Sequence record: SRR2962707_1778
Reading direction: 5' to 3' (one strand)
DNA: 56,268 nt
The translations under genes and the position numbers were made by a program. Positions 17,227 to 25,922 of this stretch are shown here, in pieces. Positions within the stretch are counted from its first letter, which is position 1. The number at the start of each line of letters is the position of its first letter. Under the pieces are notes generated by a model. That model did no database searches. It saw only the letters and a program-made list of their open reading frames with translations, and was not told the DNA's origin.

Positions 17227-17880
17227 TTAAATCTCAAAGTCAGTGTAGGTGTGGATGGACGTGATACGGGACACCTCTTCCAAATAGCGCTGAATAGGTT
17301 CAGGGAAGAGCAGTCCAGAAACCATAGTAAGGCTTCTTAATATTGGAAACAGGAGTATATCATCCCAACTGATGGTGTTGTTATGATCCGAAGGCAGAGA
17401 CAGTGGTGAAAATGCGTTTAAGGCTTGTTCCACTTGCTTTTTGTATTTAGAAGAGTCTAGTAAGGCGTTTTCAAAGCTTTGTTGAAGGTCTTTCTCTTTT
17501 TTCGATTGGAAATGATCTCGGGCACTTTGAGTGGCAAATTCAGGCAATCCCAAGAGTATGATTCTAGGAAACACCAAGCAGCGAATGGCTTGTTCAACCT
17601 CCTTCAATGGGGATGGCTGATTGATGCTATTCGCCTCGCCTCGGATGATTTTACGGGGGTCGCCGATGGTGTCTAAATGCTTGGCAATCAGGAGGTTATC
17701 AGACAGGGTAGTGCCGTCAGAATGTTCGAGAATAGGGGCTTTTTTGGCGTTTGTTAATGTCAGACAGGTTTCTTCATCGTCATTTAGCAGATACACCTTC
17801 TCATGAGGGATCTCTTTGTAGTTTGCGATCATGTCGACACGGACGCAAAATGGACAGTGATGGTATTGGTAAAGTTTCAT
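17227..17880 (-). CDS. grxB: Glutaredoxin 2 (GST-fold)
   Basis: MKLY..HCPFCVR, LLNDDE, PEFATQSAR, DDILLFPILRSLT. Confidence 0.9.
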   Translation of the reverse strand: MKLYQYHHCPFCVRVDMIANYKEIPHEKVYLLNDDEETCLTLTNAKKAPILEHSDGTTLSDNLLIAKHLDTIGDPRKIIRGEANSINQPSPLKEVEQAIRCLVFPRIILLGLPEFATQSARDHFQSKKEKDLQQSFENALLDSSKYKKQVEQALNAFSPLSLPSDHNNTISWDDILLFPILRSLTMVSGLLFPEPIQRYLEEVSRITSIHTYTDFEI

Positions 17881-17963
17881 CGAGTTCTCCGAATGCTATA
17901 ACAACATTGTTATTCAGAAGCCCTGACGAGAAATATTCGCTGACCCTAGTGAGGGTAAGTTCG

Positions 17964-18314
17964 TTAGGCTACTGCCGCGCTGCTTTCACCAATGAGCAGA
18001 TAAAAATTGCCTTTTTCAACGCCCAGTGTTGCGCGTTTTAAGGCTTTTCCTTGGCAAGGCCCTGCAATGCATTGACCATCTGTTGGCGTGAAAAGAGCGC
18101 CATGATGGTGGCATTTTAGATAATCCCCTTCTTCATCCAGAAAAGGCTCTGCTGAGCAGTTTAAAGACCGCTTTTGATGGGGGCAGCGATTCTCGTAAGC
18201 AAACAGCTCGCCTTTTTGTTTCACTATGACAAAATCGGTCCGATCAGTTTGGAAGTGCAGGGTACTGCCTTCAGATAAATGTTGGGCATTTGGAATAAGG
18301 TGTTTATCAAACAT
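17964..18314 (-). CDS. Rieske [2Fe-2S] ferredoxin
   Basis: NRCPH and CHHHGALF ligand motifs, GQCIAGPCQG. Confidence 0.9.
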   Translation of the reverse strand: MFDKHLIPNAQHLSEGSTLHFQTDRTDFVIVKQKGELFAYENRCPHQKRSLNCSAEPFLDEEGDYLKCHHHGALFTPTDGQCIAGPCQGKALKRATLGVEKGNFYLLIGESSAAVA

Positions 18315-18495
18315 GACAGGACCACATGGTAGTAGGCAAAGAAAAGGTCGAATTCCAGCGCAAGCGCTGTGCGGCTGGCTTTTTCACAGGACGATGTAAA
18401 TGCTCAAACAAAACCGTATTCATGGCGATCGAACTCTTCGTTTGTATAAGTTTAATTGCTGGTGTGGCCTTATTGAGCCATCTTTTTATTGTCAT
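18307..18495 (-). CDS. Possible 62-aa basic small protein
   Basis: AAGGA RBS before ATG 18495; stop overlaps the Rieske start by 8 nt; no recognisable family. Confidence 0.4.
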   Translation of the reverse strand: MTIKRWLNKATPAIKLIQTKSSIAMNTVLFEHLHRPVKKPAAQRLRWNSTFSLPTTMWSCHV

Positions 18496-18669
18496 GGTTA
18501 AATGTTCCTTTATCCATTGCAATAGACTACTAATGAAAGTGTCAGATTGTTATGGGTCTTGTCAATATAAAGCAGGTTAATTGGTGGAATTTTGTCGATG
18601 ATCTGAATAATAAACAATAGTTTGTGAATCGTTATTGCGAGCCAGAGATAAGCTCCTTATACTCCTCAA

Positions 18670-20982
18670 ATGGCTAATAAAACCCCCTCAAAATCTCCAC
18701 GTAAGTCGATGACTTCAAAAACGAAAAAGAAACCAAAAGGCAAAGCAAAGCGCTCCTTTTTTGGCAAACTCTGGCGCTTCATTTTTAAATGGGGGCTGAT
18801 TATTGCTTTGTTAGGAAGTCTACCTTTTGCAGGTTGGGTCTGGTGGCTCGATCAAAAAGTGGTGGCTCGCTTTGAAGGCCAGAAATGGCAAGTGCCTTCT
18901 GAAGTCTACAGTGCGCCCATTTACCTCAAAAGTGGCGCGCCTTGGAAAAAAGCCGACCTCGAAGCGCTGTTGCAAGAAACGGGTTATCGTTTTGGGCGTA
19001 ACAGCCAAAAAGTAGGCTGGGCGGCTCGGAGTCGCACCAAAGTCAGTGCTCATTTGCGCTCCTATGTCGATTATTCCGGTTATCACCCTAGTGAACGTCG
19101 TATATTTTCTTTCGAGGATGGAAAGTTATCGATCCATTCGCTCAATGGTGACCCGGTTGCGCAAGCAAGCATCGAGCCTCAGCGCATTGGTTTTTTATAC
19201 GGTGGTAACACCGAGCGTCGGGAAATTCTTTCCTACGAGGATATCCCTCAACCGCTGATTGATATTCTTACTACGGTAGAAGACCGAGATTTTTATCATC
19301 ACTGGGGGATTTCTCCTACTGGGATTGCGCGTGCCGCTTGGGTTAATGCCACTCACGGTTCCAGACGTCAAGGTGGCTCAACGTTAACGCAGCAGCTGGT
19401 TAAGAACATGTTTCTTAGCTCAGAGCGAACCTATACTCGTAAGCTGACCGAAGTGGTGATGAGTCTGTTGTTGGAATATCACTATTCGAAACAGGCGATC
19501 ATTACCGCTTATATGAATGAAGTGTATTTGGCCCAGGTCGGTAGTGAAGGCTTACATGGTTTTGCCGCAGCCAGTCAGCATTTCTTTGGACGTCCGTTAA
19601 AAGAGCTAAATATCGATGAGTTTGCGCTGCTAGTCGGCATGGTTAAGGGGCCTTCTATATACAATCCTGAGCGCCACCCTAAACGGGCATTGGCGCGTCG
19701 TAACACGGTATTGGCGGTACTCAAAGACCAAGGTCGTTTGACTAACTCTGATTATCATGTGCTGGTGAAGCAGCCGATTCGCCTTGCGGATAAACACAAA
19801 GAACGCTCTGTTTACGGCGACTATTTAGACCTGGTGTCGATGCAATTGTCCCGTGACTTTGACCAGAAAACACTCGCCACAGAAAATCTACGCATTTACA
19901 CAGGGGTGGATATTAGGGCGCAGCAAGCGGCCAGCCAAGCGATGCGTCGCCAAGTTGGGGCGATTAGCCGCAGTCGCAAATTAAAAGGGCTGCAAGGGGC
20001 CATGGTGGTAACAGACCGAACGAATGGCCAAGTGCGTGCTATTGTGGGCTCAAGTGATAAGTATTATTCCGGCTTTAACCGTGCTCTTGGGGCGGTGCGA
20101 CCGATAGGATCTTTGGTGAAACCGCCACTCTATATGTCCGCCTTGGCGACAGGGAAATTCACCTGGTGGTCGCCCATCGAAGACAAGCGCATAAGGTTTG
20201 ATATAGCGGGGAAAATTTGGGCGCCAGAGAATTATGATCGCACGACTCATGGGGTCGTGCATCTTTATGAAGCCATGGCGAAATCCTATAACTTGGCGAC
20301 CATTAACTTGGCGCAACAGGTAGGTTTTGACCGCGTTGGTGACACATTACGACAGCTGGGCGTGAAACGACCATTTACCATGCATCCGGCGATGGCGTTG
20401 GGGGCCTTGGAGCTTTCTCCGTTCGAAGTGGCTAGATTGTATCAGCCGATTGCCTCGCGTGGACAAAGTAGCGAGCTGGGTGTGGTGTTGGCTGTGATGG
20501 ACCAAAAAGACCATTTGATTAAACGCTTCGATCGTTCAACAAGTGTGCCCTTTACTGAAGCGCTGTTAGCAGTGACCTTGGACGGTATGACCAAAGTACC
20601 CGAAATCGGCACAGCAAGAGCCGCTCAGCATCGTTTTCCAGGGTTAACCTTTGCTGCGAAGACTGGCACCAGTAACGAATTGCGTGACAGTTGGTTTGAA
20701 GGTATTACCGGCGATTACGCGAGTACGGTCTGGTTGGGGATGGATGATAACGAGCCGATGAACATCACCGGCGCTACGGGCGCTCAAAAAGTATGGATTG
20801 ATTTTACAGAGCATACCAATCCACGTTCTTTGCCAGAAACATTGCCGTCAGGCGCCGCGCGTTATAATGTGTTAAACAGTTCGTTTGAAATTGCAGCCGA
20901 TCGTTGTGATGATAAAGAGTCCTTAGCGTTTGTATTAGGCACCCAGCCTCAAAGCTCTTCGTCTTGTATATGGCCGTTTTGA
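18670..20982 (+). CDS. mrcB: Penicillin-binding protein 1B
   Basis: Basic N-tail, TM, UB2H region, transglycosylase EDRDFYHH and QGGSTLTQQLVKN, transpeptidase SLVK/SYN/KTG. Confidence 0.95.
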   Translation: MANKTPSKSPRKSMTSKTKKKPKGKAKRSFFGKLWRFIFKWGLIIALLGSLPFAGWVWWLDQKVVARFEGQKWQVPSEVYSAPIYLKSGAPWKKADLEALLQETGYRFGRNSQKVGWAARSRTKVSAHLRSYVDYSGYHPSERRIFSFEDGKLSIHSLNGDPVAQASIEPQRIGFLYGGNTERREILSYEDIPQPLIDILTTVEDRDFYHHWGISPTGIARAAWVNATHGSRRQGGSTLTQQLVKNMFLSSERTYTRKLTEVVMSLLLEYHYSKQAIITAYMNEVYLAQVGSEGLHGFAAASQHFFGRPLKELNIDEFALLVGMVKGPSIYNPERHPKRALARRNTVLAVLKDQGRLTNSDYHVLVKQPIRLADKHKERSVYGDYLDLVSMQLSRDFDQKTLATENLRIYTGVDIRAQQAASQAMRRQVGAISRSRKLKGLQGAMVVTDRTNGQVRAIVGSSDKYYSGFNRALGAVRPIGSLVKPPLYMSALATGKFTWWSPIEDKRIRFDIAGKIWAPENYDRTTHGVVHLYEAMAKSYNLATINLAQQVGFDRVGDTLRQLGVKRPFTMHPAMALGALELSPFEVARLYQPIASRGQSSELGVVLAVMDQKDHLIKRFDRSTSVPFTEALLAVTLDGMTKVPEIGTARAAQHRFPGLTFAAKTGTSNELRDSWFEGITGDYASTVWLGMDDNEPMNITGATGAQKVWIDFTEHTNPRSLPETLPSGAARYNVLNSSFEIAADRCDDKESLAFVLGTQPQSSSSCIWPF

Positions 20983-21045
20983 TGCGCTTGGGTTGTACCT
21001 AATGCATGTTTTATCTCGTTGTTTGTTGGAAGGAGTGTGTGCGGT

Positions 21046-21894
21046 ATGGGATTACACAATGCCGTTGTTTTTTGTTTGATCGCTGGCGCTTTTGTCAGCA
21101 ACTTCTCCCATGCAGTCAGTGCTGAAAAGAAAGTAGAGGGTGTTTGCTCAGCGCTCACCGCGACGGGGAATTTAGAGTATCCTCCTTTTCTTTGGCGCGC
21201 AGCAGATAACAGCCATCACGTTCTTGGCGCCAATCGCCTGATTATTGATGAGTTAAGTCGTCGTATTAAAATTCCTATTACCTTGGAAGACGTTGGTCCT
21301 TGGTCAAAAGCGCTATCCTCTGTGAAAAAAGGCCAAGTAGACATGCTTGCTGGTGCCTTTTATACCAACAGAAGAGCGAGTTACATGGATTACTTTTATC
21401 CTGTAATACTGCATACCACGAGTGTGGTCTGGCAACGAAAAGATAAAACGTTTCCTTTTCATTCCAAGGAAGATTTAGAAGGAAAGTGGGGGGCGACTGT
21501 GATGAGCAACAGTTTTGGGCAAGCGTTTGACAGTTTTGCTCAGCAAAAATTAAATATTTTTTCGGTTGCGAGTGTGTCGACGGCATTTCGAATGCTGATG
21601 GCGGACAATGTGGATTATGTGCTGTATGAAAAAAATCCAGGTGTCGCGTACGCATCGATGCTAGGGTTTGAAAATCAAATAGAGTCAGTGCAGCCTTTTG
21701 TGAGTAGTGAGGGCTTGTATTTGACGTTGTCGAAAGCCTCTCCTTGTAATACGCCGACGATCAAGCGAAAAATTGCACTGGCGTTGTATGGTATGCATCA
21801 ACAGGGCTTGGCAGAAAAAGCCCTGCTAGAAGGGGTTAAAGAGTGGCGCCAGTCGCGGTTAAAGGTGACGGCCTTATTAAATAACAAAGACTGA
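21046..21894 (+). CDS. Family-3 periplasmic solute-binding protein (orphan)
   Basis: Signal peptide, EYPPF, PWSKAL...GQVD, RASYMDY; start uncertain. Confidence 0.8.
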   Translation: MGLHNAVVFCLIAGAFVSNFSHAVSAEKKVEGVCSALTATGNLEYPPFLWRAADNSHHVLGANRLIIDELSRRIKIPITLEDVGPWSKALSSVKKGQVDMLAGAFYTNRRASYMDYFYPVILHTTSVVWQRKDKTFPFHSKEDLEGKWGATVMSNSFGQAFDSFAQQKLNIFSVASVSTAFRMLMADNVDYVLYEKNPGVAYASMLGFENQIESVQPFVSSEGLYLTLSKASPCNTPTIKRKIALALYGMHQQGLAEKALLEGVKEWRQSRLKVTALLNNKD

Positions 21895-21921
21895 TGCGAC
21901 TGACGGCCGTTGGTTGCGTAT

Positions 21922-23355
21922 TTAGTTTAATAAACCGCGGTACACTTGTTCCCACTTCTCAGTGGTTCCTTCCCAACTGAAGTCATAAGCCATTGCATTG
22001 CGTTGTTTCTCTCGCCAGGCATGAATGTCTTCAAAGCAGGCTAAACTGCGCAATAGCGCGTCGTTCAGTGCGGCTTGATTGGCGTGCTCGAACACAAAGC
22101 CGTTAGCGTGCTCGCCTTCTTCAAAGACACTGTCTGCTAATCCTCCTGTTTTTCGAACCAGCGGCAAGGTGCCGTATTTCAATGCGTAGAGCTGAGTAAG
22201 GCCACATGGTTCAAATCGCGATGGGATCAATAACGCATCGACACCTGCTTGCAGCCGATGAGAATAGGCTTCGTCGTAACCAATTCTGATCGATACTTGC
22301 TCAGGGTAGCGCTGTTGCAATTCCAGATAGGCGCTTTCTAATGCTTTGTCTCCAGAGCCTAATACAATCAGTCGGCAACCTTTTTGCAATAGACTCGGGA
22401 TGGCTTCTAACACTAGGTCGAGGCCTTTTTGCTCGGTCAAACGGCTAACCACCCCAAAGACCAGTTTGCTTGGGTCTTCTGATAGGTTGTTTTCTTTTAA
22501 TAAAGCGAGTTTGTTGGTTAGTTTGTTTTCTAAAGAGTCCACTCCGTAGGCTTGCTTAATGAGTTTGTCTTTCTCGGGTGACCATTGCTCGTAATCGACG
22601 CCATTTAAGATGCCATGTAGTTTATAGCGCATCGCTCTTAGCGTTCCGTCTAGGCCGTCACCGTAGTCGCTGGTTAAGATTTCTTTAGCGTAGGTTGGGC
22701 TGACTGTGGTAATCGCGTCGGCGTAAACCAGGCCGGCTTTAAGTCCAGAAAAACGCCCATAAAACTCGAGGCCATGAATGCTTAAAAGTTCACCAGAGAG
22801 CCTCATGTCGGGGAACTTATTCATCTCAAAGCTGCCGTTATAACGTAGGTTGTGCACTGTGGTGATGATGGGGATATGATTCATTTTCCAGCTTTTTAAA
22901 TACGCCGCTGCGAACCCCGTTTGCCAATCATTGAGGTGCAGTATGTCAGCTTGCCAGCCAATTAGATGGCCATGTTGAGCCAGCATGGCGATGGCCCAAG
23001 AGAAGGCGCCAAAGCGTAAATGATTATCAGAATAGTCTATGCCATCTTGATCGACATAAGGTCCAGCATCGCGTTCAAACAAAGCTTGGCATTGCAGAAG
23101 AAATATAGGTGTGTCATTTTCTATGATACGTGTTTCGAGCAGGATTAAGTCACCAACCCCAAATGGGTTGCCCAAATTGGTTTTTTTATGGATAGGTTCG
23201 ACTTTTTCTAATATGCCTTTGTAAGCAGGCATGATAAGTTTTACATCGTGTCCTTTCGCTCTGAGGGCCACTGGTAGAGCACCAGCAACATCGGCAAGCC
23301 CGCCTGTTTTTATCAAAGGGTAAATTTCGGATGCGGCAAATAGTATTCTCATCAT
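21922..23355 (-). CDS. glgA: Glycogen synthase
   Basis: KTGGLADV, HLNDWQ, TVSPTYA, SRLTEQKG, PSRFEPCGLTQL. Confidence 0.97.
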   Translation of the reverse strand: MMRILFAASEIYPLIKTGGLADVAGALPVALRAKGHDVKLIMPAYKGILEKVEPIHKKTNLGNPFGVGDLILLETRIIENDTPIFLLQCQALFERDAGPYVDQDGIDYSDNHLRFGAFSWAIAMLAQHGHLIGWQADILHLNDWQTGFAAAYLKSWKMNHIPIITTVHNLRYNGSFEMNKFPDMRLSGELLSIHGLEFYGRFSGLKAGLVYADAITTVSPTYAKEILTSDYGDGLDGTLRAMRYKLHGILNGVDYEQWSPEKDKLIKQAYGVDSLENKLTNKLALLKENNLSEDPSKLVFGVVSRLTEQKGLDLVLEAIPSLLQKGCRLIVLGSGDKALESAYLELQQRYPEQVSIRIGYDEAYSHRLQAGVDALLIPSRFEPCGLTQLYALKYGTLPLVRKTGGLADSVFEEGEHANGFVFEHANQAALNDALLRSLACFEDIHAWREKQRNAMAYDFSWEGTTEKWEQVYRGLLN

Positions 23356-23444
23356 CTCGTATCTTATTGATTTGGCATGGTCAGGATAGTATACCTAAAT
23401 ATAATTCGGAGTAGAGTTAGTAGATAACTTTTTAAGGGTAAATT

Positions 23445-24701
23445 ATGGATTTAAATACCGCATGTATGAAAACTTTGTCTATCATTCTTGCTGGTGGTAG
23501 AGGCTCCAGGTTAAAGCAGTTAACGGATAACCGCTCTAAACCTGCTGTTCCGATCGCAGGGAAATATAAAATAATCGACTTCCCACTTTCGAATTGTATC
23601 AACTCAGGCATGCGTCGCATTGCTGTCCTTACTCAATACCGTTCCCATACTCTTAATCAACATGTCCAACGCGGCTGGAACTTTCTGCGCTCTGATTTTA
23701 ATGAGTTTATTGAACTCTGGCCTGCCCAGCAGCTAACTGGCGGAAACTGGTACCAAGGGACAGCGGATGCCGTGTATCAAAATCTGACCATGATTGATGG
23801 CTTAGACAGTGAATACGTGCTTATTTTGGCAGGGGATCACGTTTACAAACAAGACTACAGCATCATGCTCAAAGAGCACATTGAAAGCGGCGCTGATGTC
23901 ACCGTGGCTTGTATTGAGGTGCCGGTACAAGAAGCCGATCAGTTTGGCATCATGCATGTTGACGAAAACGACAATATTATTGCCTTTGAAGAGAAACCCA
24001 GTTCACCACCCACCATGCCAGGCAACCCTAATGTCTCTCTTGCGAGCATGGGAATCTACATCTTTAACACCAAGTTTCTTTGTGAACACCTTAAGTCAGA
24101 CGCCATCGATGCCGCGTCTAGCCATGATTTTGGTAAAGACCTTATTCCTCTGTTTGTTGGTCGTAGCAATATTAAAGCGCACCATTTTTCCAATAGCGTG
24201 ATTGCCAATGAAAGCTTTCCTAACAAGCCTTATTGGCGAGATGTTGGTACCTTGACGGCGTATTGGGAATCCAATATGGATTTGACTAAGCTGGTGCCGG
24301 AGTTGGATCTTTACGATGAAGAGTGGCCAATTCGCACCGCTCAGTATCAGCGTCCTGCGGCCAAATTCAACTACAACTACGAAGAGCGCATTGGTACGGC
24401 ATTAAATTCTGTGGTGTCGGCCGGTTGTATTGTGTCTGGTTCTACGGTTGAGCAATCCATACTGTTTAATAATGTGCGCGTAAATTCCTACTCTCATGTG
24501 AATAAGTCGGTTGTGCTCCCGCGCTGTGATATTGGCCGCCATTGTCGCTTAAATCGCGTGGTAGTGGACTCAGATTGTCATATTCCTGAAGGCACTGTTA
24601 TTGGCGAAGACCCGATTGCAGATGCTGCACGTTTTTATCGTAATTCTGACGGAATCACTTTAGTGACTCAGGATATGATTGAAGCGCTTGTGGAAAAATA
24701 A
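23445..24701 (+). CDS. glgC: Glucose-1-phosphate adenylyltransferase
   Basis: LAGGRGSRL, KPAVP, WYQGTADAVYQN, ASMGIY, HDFGKD, YWRDVGT. Confidence 0.97.
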   Translation: MDLNTACMKTLSIILAGGRGSRLKQLTDNRSKPAVPIAGKYKIIDFPLSNCINSGMRRIAVLTQYRSHTLNQHVQRGWNFLRSDFNEFIELWPAQQLTGGNWYQGTADAVYQNLTMIDGLDSEYVLILAGDHVYKQDYSIMLKEHIESGADVTVACIEVPVQEADQFGIMHVDENDNIIAFEEKPSSPPTMPGNPNVSLASMGIYIFNTKFLCEHLKSDAIDAASSHDFGKDLIPLFVGRSNIKAHHFSNSVIANESFPNKPYWRDVGTLTAYWESNMDLTKLVPELDLYDEEWPIRTAQYQRPAAKFNYNYEERIGTALNSVVSAGCIVSGSTVEQSILFNNVRVNSYSHVNKSVVLPRCDIGRHCRLNRVVVDSDCHIPEGTVIGEDPIADAARFYRNSDGITLVTQDMIEALVEK

Positions 24702-24842
24702 CCCCAATCCTATTGAGAGTGAGCTTATGTATCCCCCTCAATAGGAAGCTAAATGTCGCGTATCAGCACAAAGGTCATCGGTCAAATTGGCTTTTAACCT
24801 TGAAAAATGGAATTTTGATCGCATTTCCTAAAGCAGTTTGGG

Positions 24843-24865
24843 TTATCCCCGCATGCTGTGGATAA
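24843..24865. promoter_or_regulatory. Oppositely oriented DnaA-box pair (DARS-like core)
   Basis: TTATCCCCG-CATGC-TGTGGATAA; the second 9-mer is a perfect DnaA box (reverse complement TTATCCACA). Confidence 0.6.
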
Positions 24866-25013
24866 CCCTATTAGTGACTGTGTGATAACTTGCGTTACGT
24901 CAGGTGTAGCGGCGCTTTGAGCTAAGCTGTTCATTTCTTCTTCATTTGCCTGCAAGTTATCTACTTAGCGCTGTTTTAACGATAAAAACTTCTAAATTCG
25001 ATAAGGATCTTTC

Positions 25014-25646
25014 ATGTTTACTGGCATTGTTCAAGGCGTGGCGTCTGTTAAATCATCTGAAACGGTTGGCCGTAATAAACGCTTGGATATTCTTTTTCCA
25101 GCTGGCGTTATGATGGATCAACAGCTTGGTGCGAGTGTGGCGATTAATGGTGTGTGTCTTACGGTTTCTGCGCTGGCGCATGATGTATTGACGTTTGATG
25201 TTATTGATACCACCTTGGCATTAACCAATATAGGATTATTAAATGCGGGCGACTCTGTGAATTTTGAGCGCGCGGCCAGAATGGGTGACGAAGTGGGTGG
25301 GCATGTGATGTCTGGCCATATTATGACCTCTGTTACCGTGTCGCGTATTGAGCAGGTTGGTGAAAGCGTTCATATTCGTTTTACCACAGACCGCCAGCAT
25401 GAAATTGATGCACGCCGTTATTTATTTGATAAAGGTTATGTTGGGTTAAATGGCTCTAGTTTAACCATTAGTAATATTGGTGATGATTGGATCGAAGTGT
25501 CTCTTATTCCTGAAACCTTGCGCTTAACGACCTTCGGTCAACTGGCTGTGGGCGATAAAGTAAATTTAGAAATTGATGCGCACACTCAAGCAACGGTTGA
25601 CACGGTTGAACGCGTATTAAAAGAGCGCGGTATTGTTTTGCCTTAG
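25014..25646 (+). CDS. ribC: Riboflavin synthase (alpha chain; ribC in E. coli, ribE elsewhere)
   Basis: MFTGIV N-terminus, GASVAINGVCLTV, GGHVMSGH, LIPETL, VNLEID. Confidence 0.96.
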   Translation: MFTGIVQGVASVKSSETVGRNKRLDILFPAGVMMDQQLGASVAINGVCLTVSALAHDVLTFDVIDTTLALTNIGLLNAGDSVNFERAARMGDEVGGHVMSGHIMTSVTVSRIEQVGESVHIRFTTDRQHEIDARRYLFDKGYVGLNGSSLTISNIGDDWIEVSLIPETLRLTTFGQLAVGDKVNLEIDAHTQATVDTVERVLKERGIVLP

Positions 25647-25922
25647 TTTAAGGGGGAAAGTATCCCTATTTGGCGGGTTGCGCACGCTAGAATTAGACTT
25701 CCCTAGAAAGCCTCAATGCTTTTAAATAAATGGAGTAGTTGGTTGATTTTCGGTAGAATGCTCGCCAATTTCTATCCTGAGAATCTGTTGATAAGTGATA
25801 CGATGGCTGTTTTTGTTGTGTTTTTACGCGAAAAAATGGCTGTGGCGAGCAAAATGCCTACGCCAGTCGTGGTTTATTAACCGTTATTCAACCAAATATC
25901 GCTTTTAAAGTGTGAGTAAATA

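Noticed and set aside
23380-23450. GGA motifs as CsrA sites on glgC
   Set aside because: The best one (CAGGAT) lies upstream of the likely -10, and the rest are too weak to call
24702-25013. FMN riboswitch before riboflavin synthase, or oriC
   Set aside because: No FMN consensus blocks. No dnaA/gidA context, GATC enrichment or clear unwinding element for an origin
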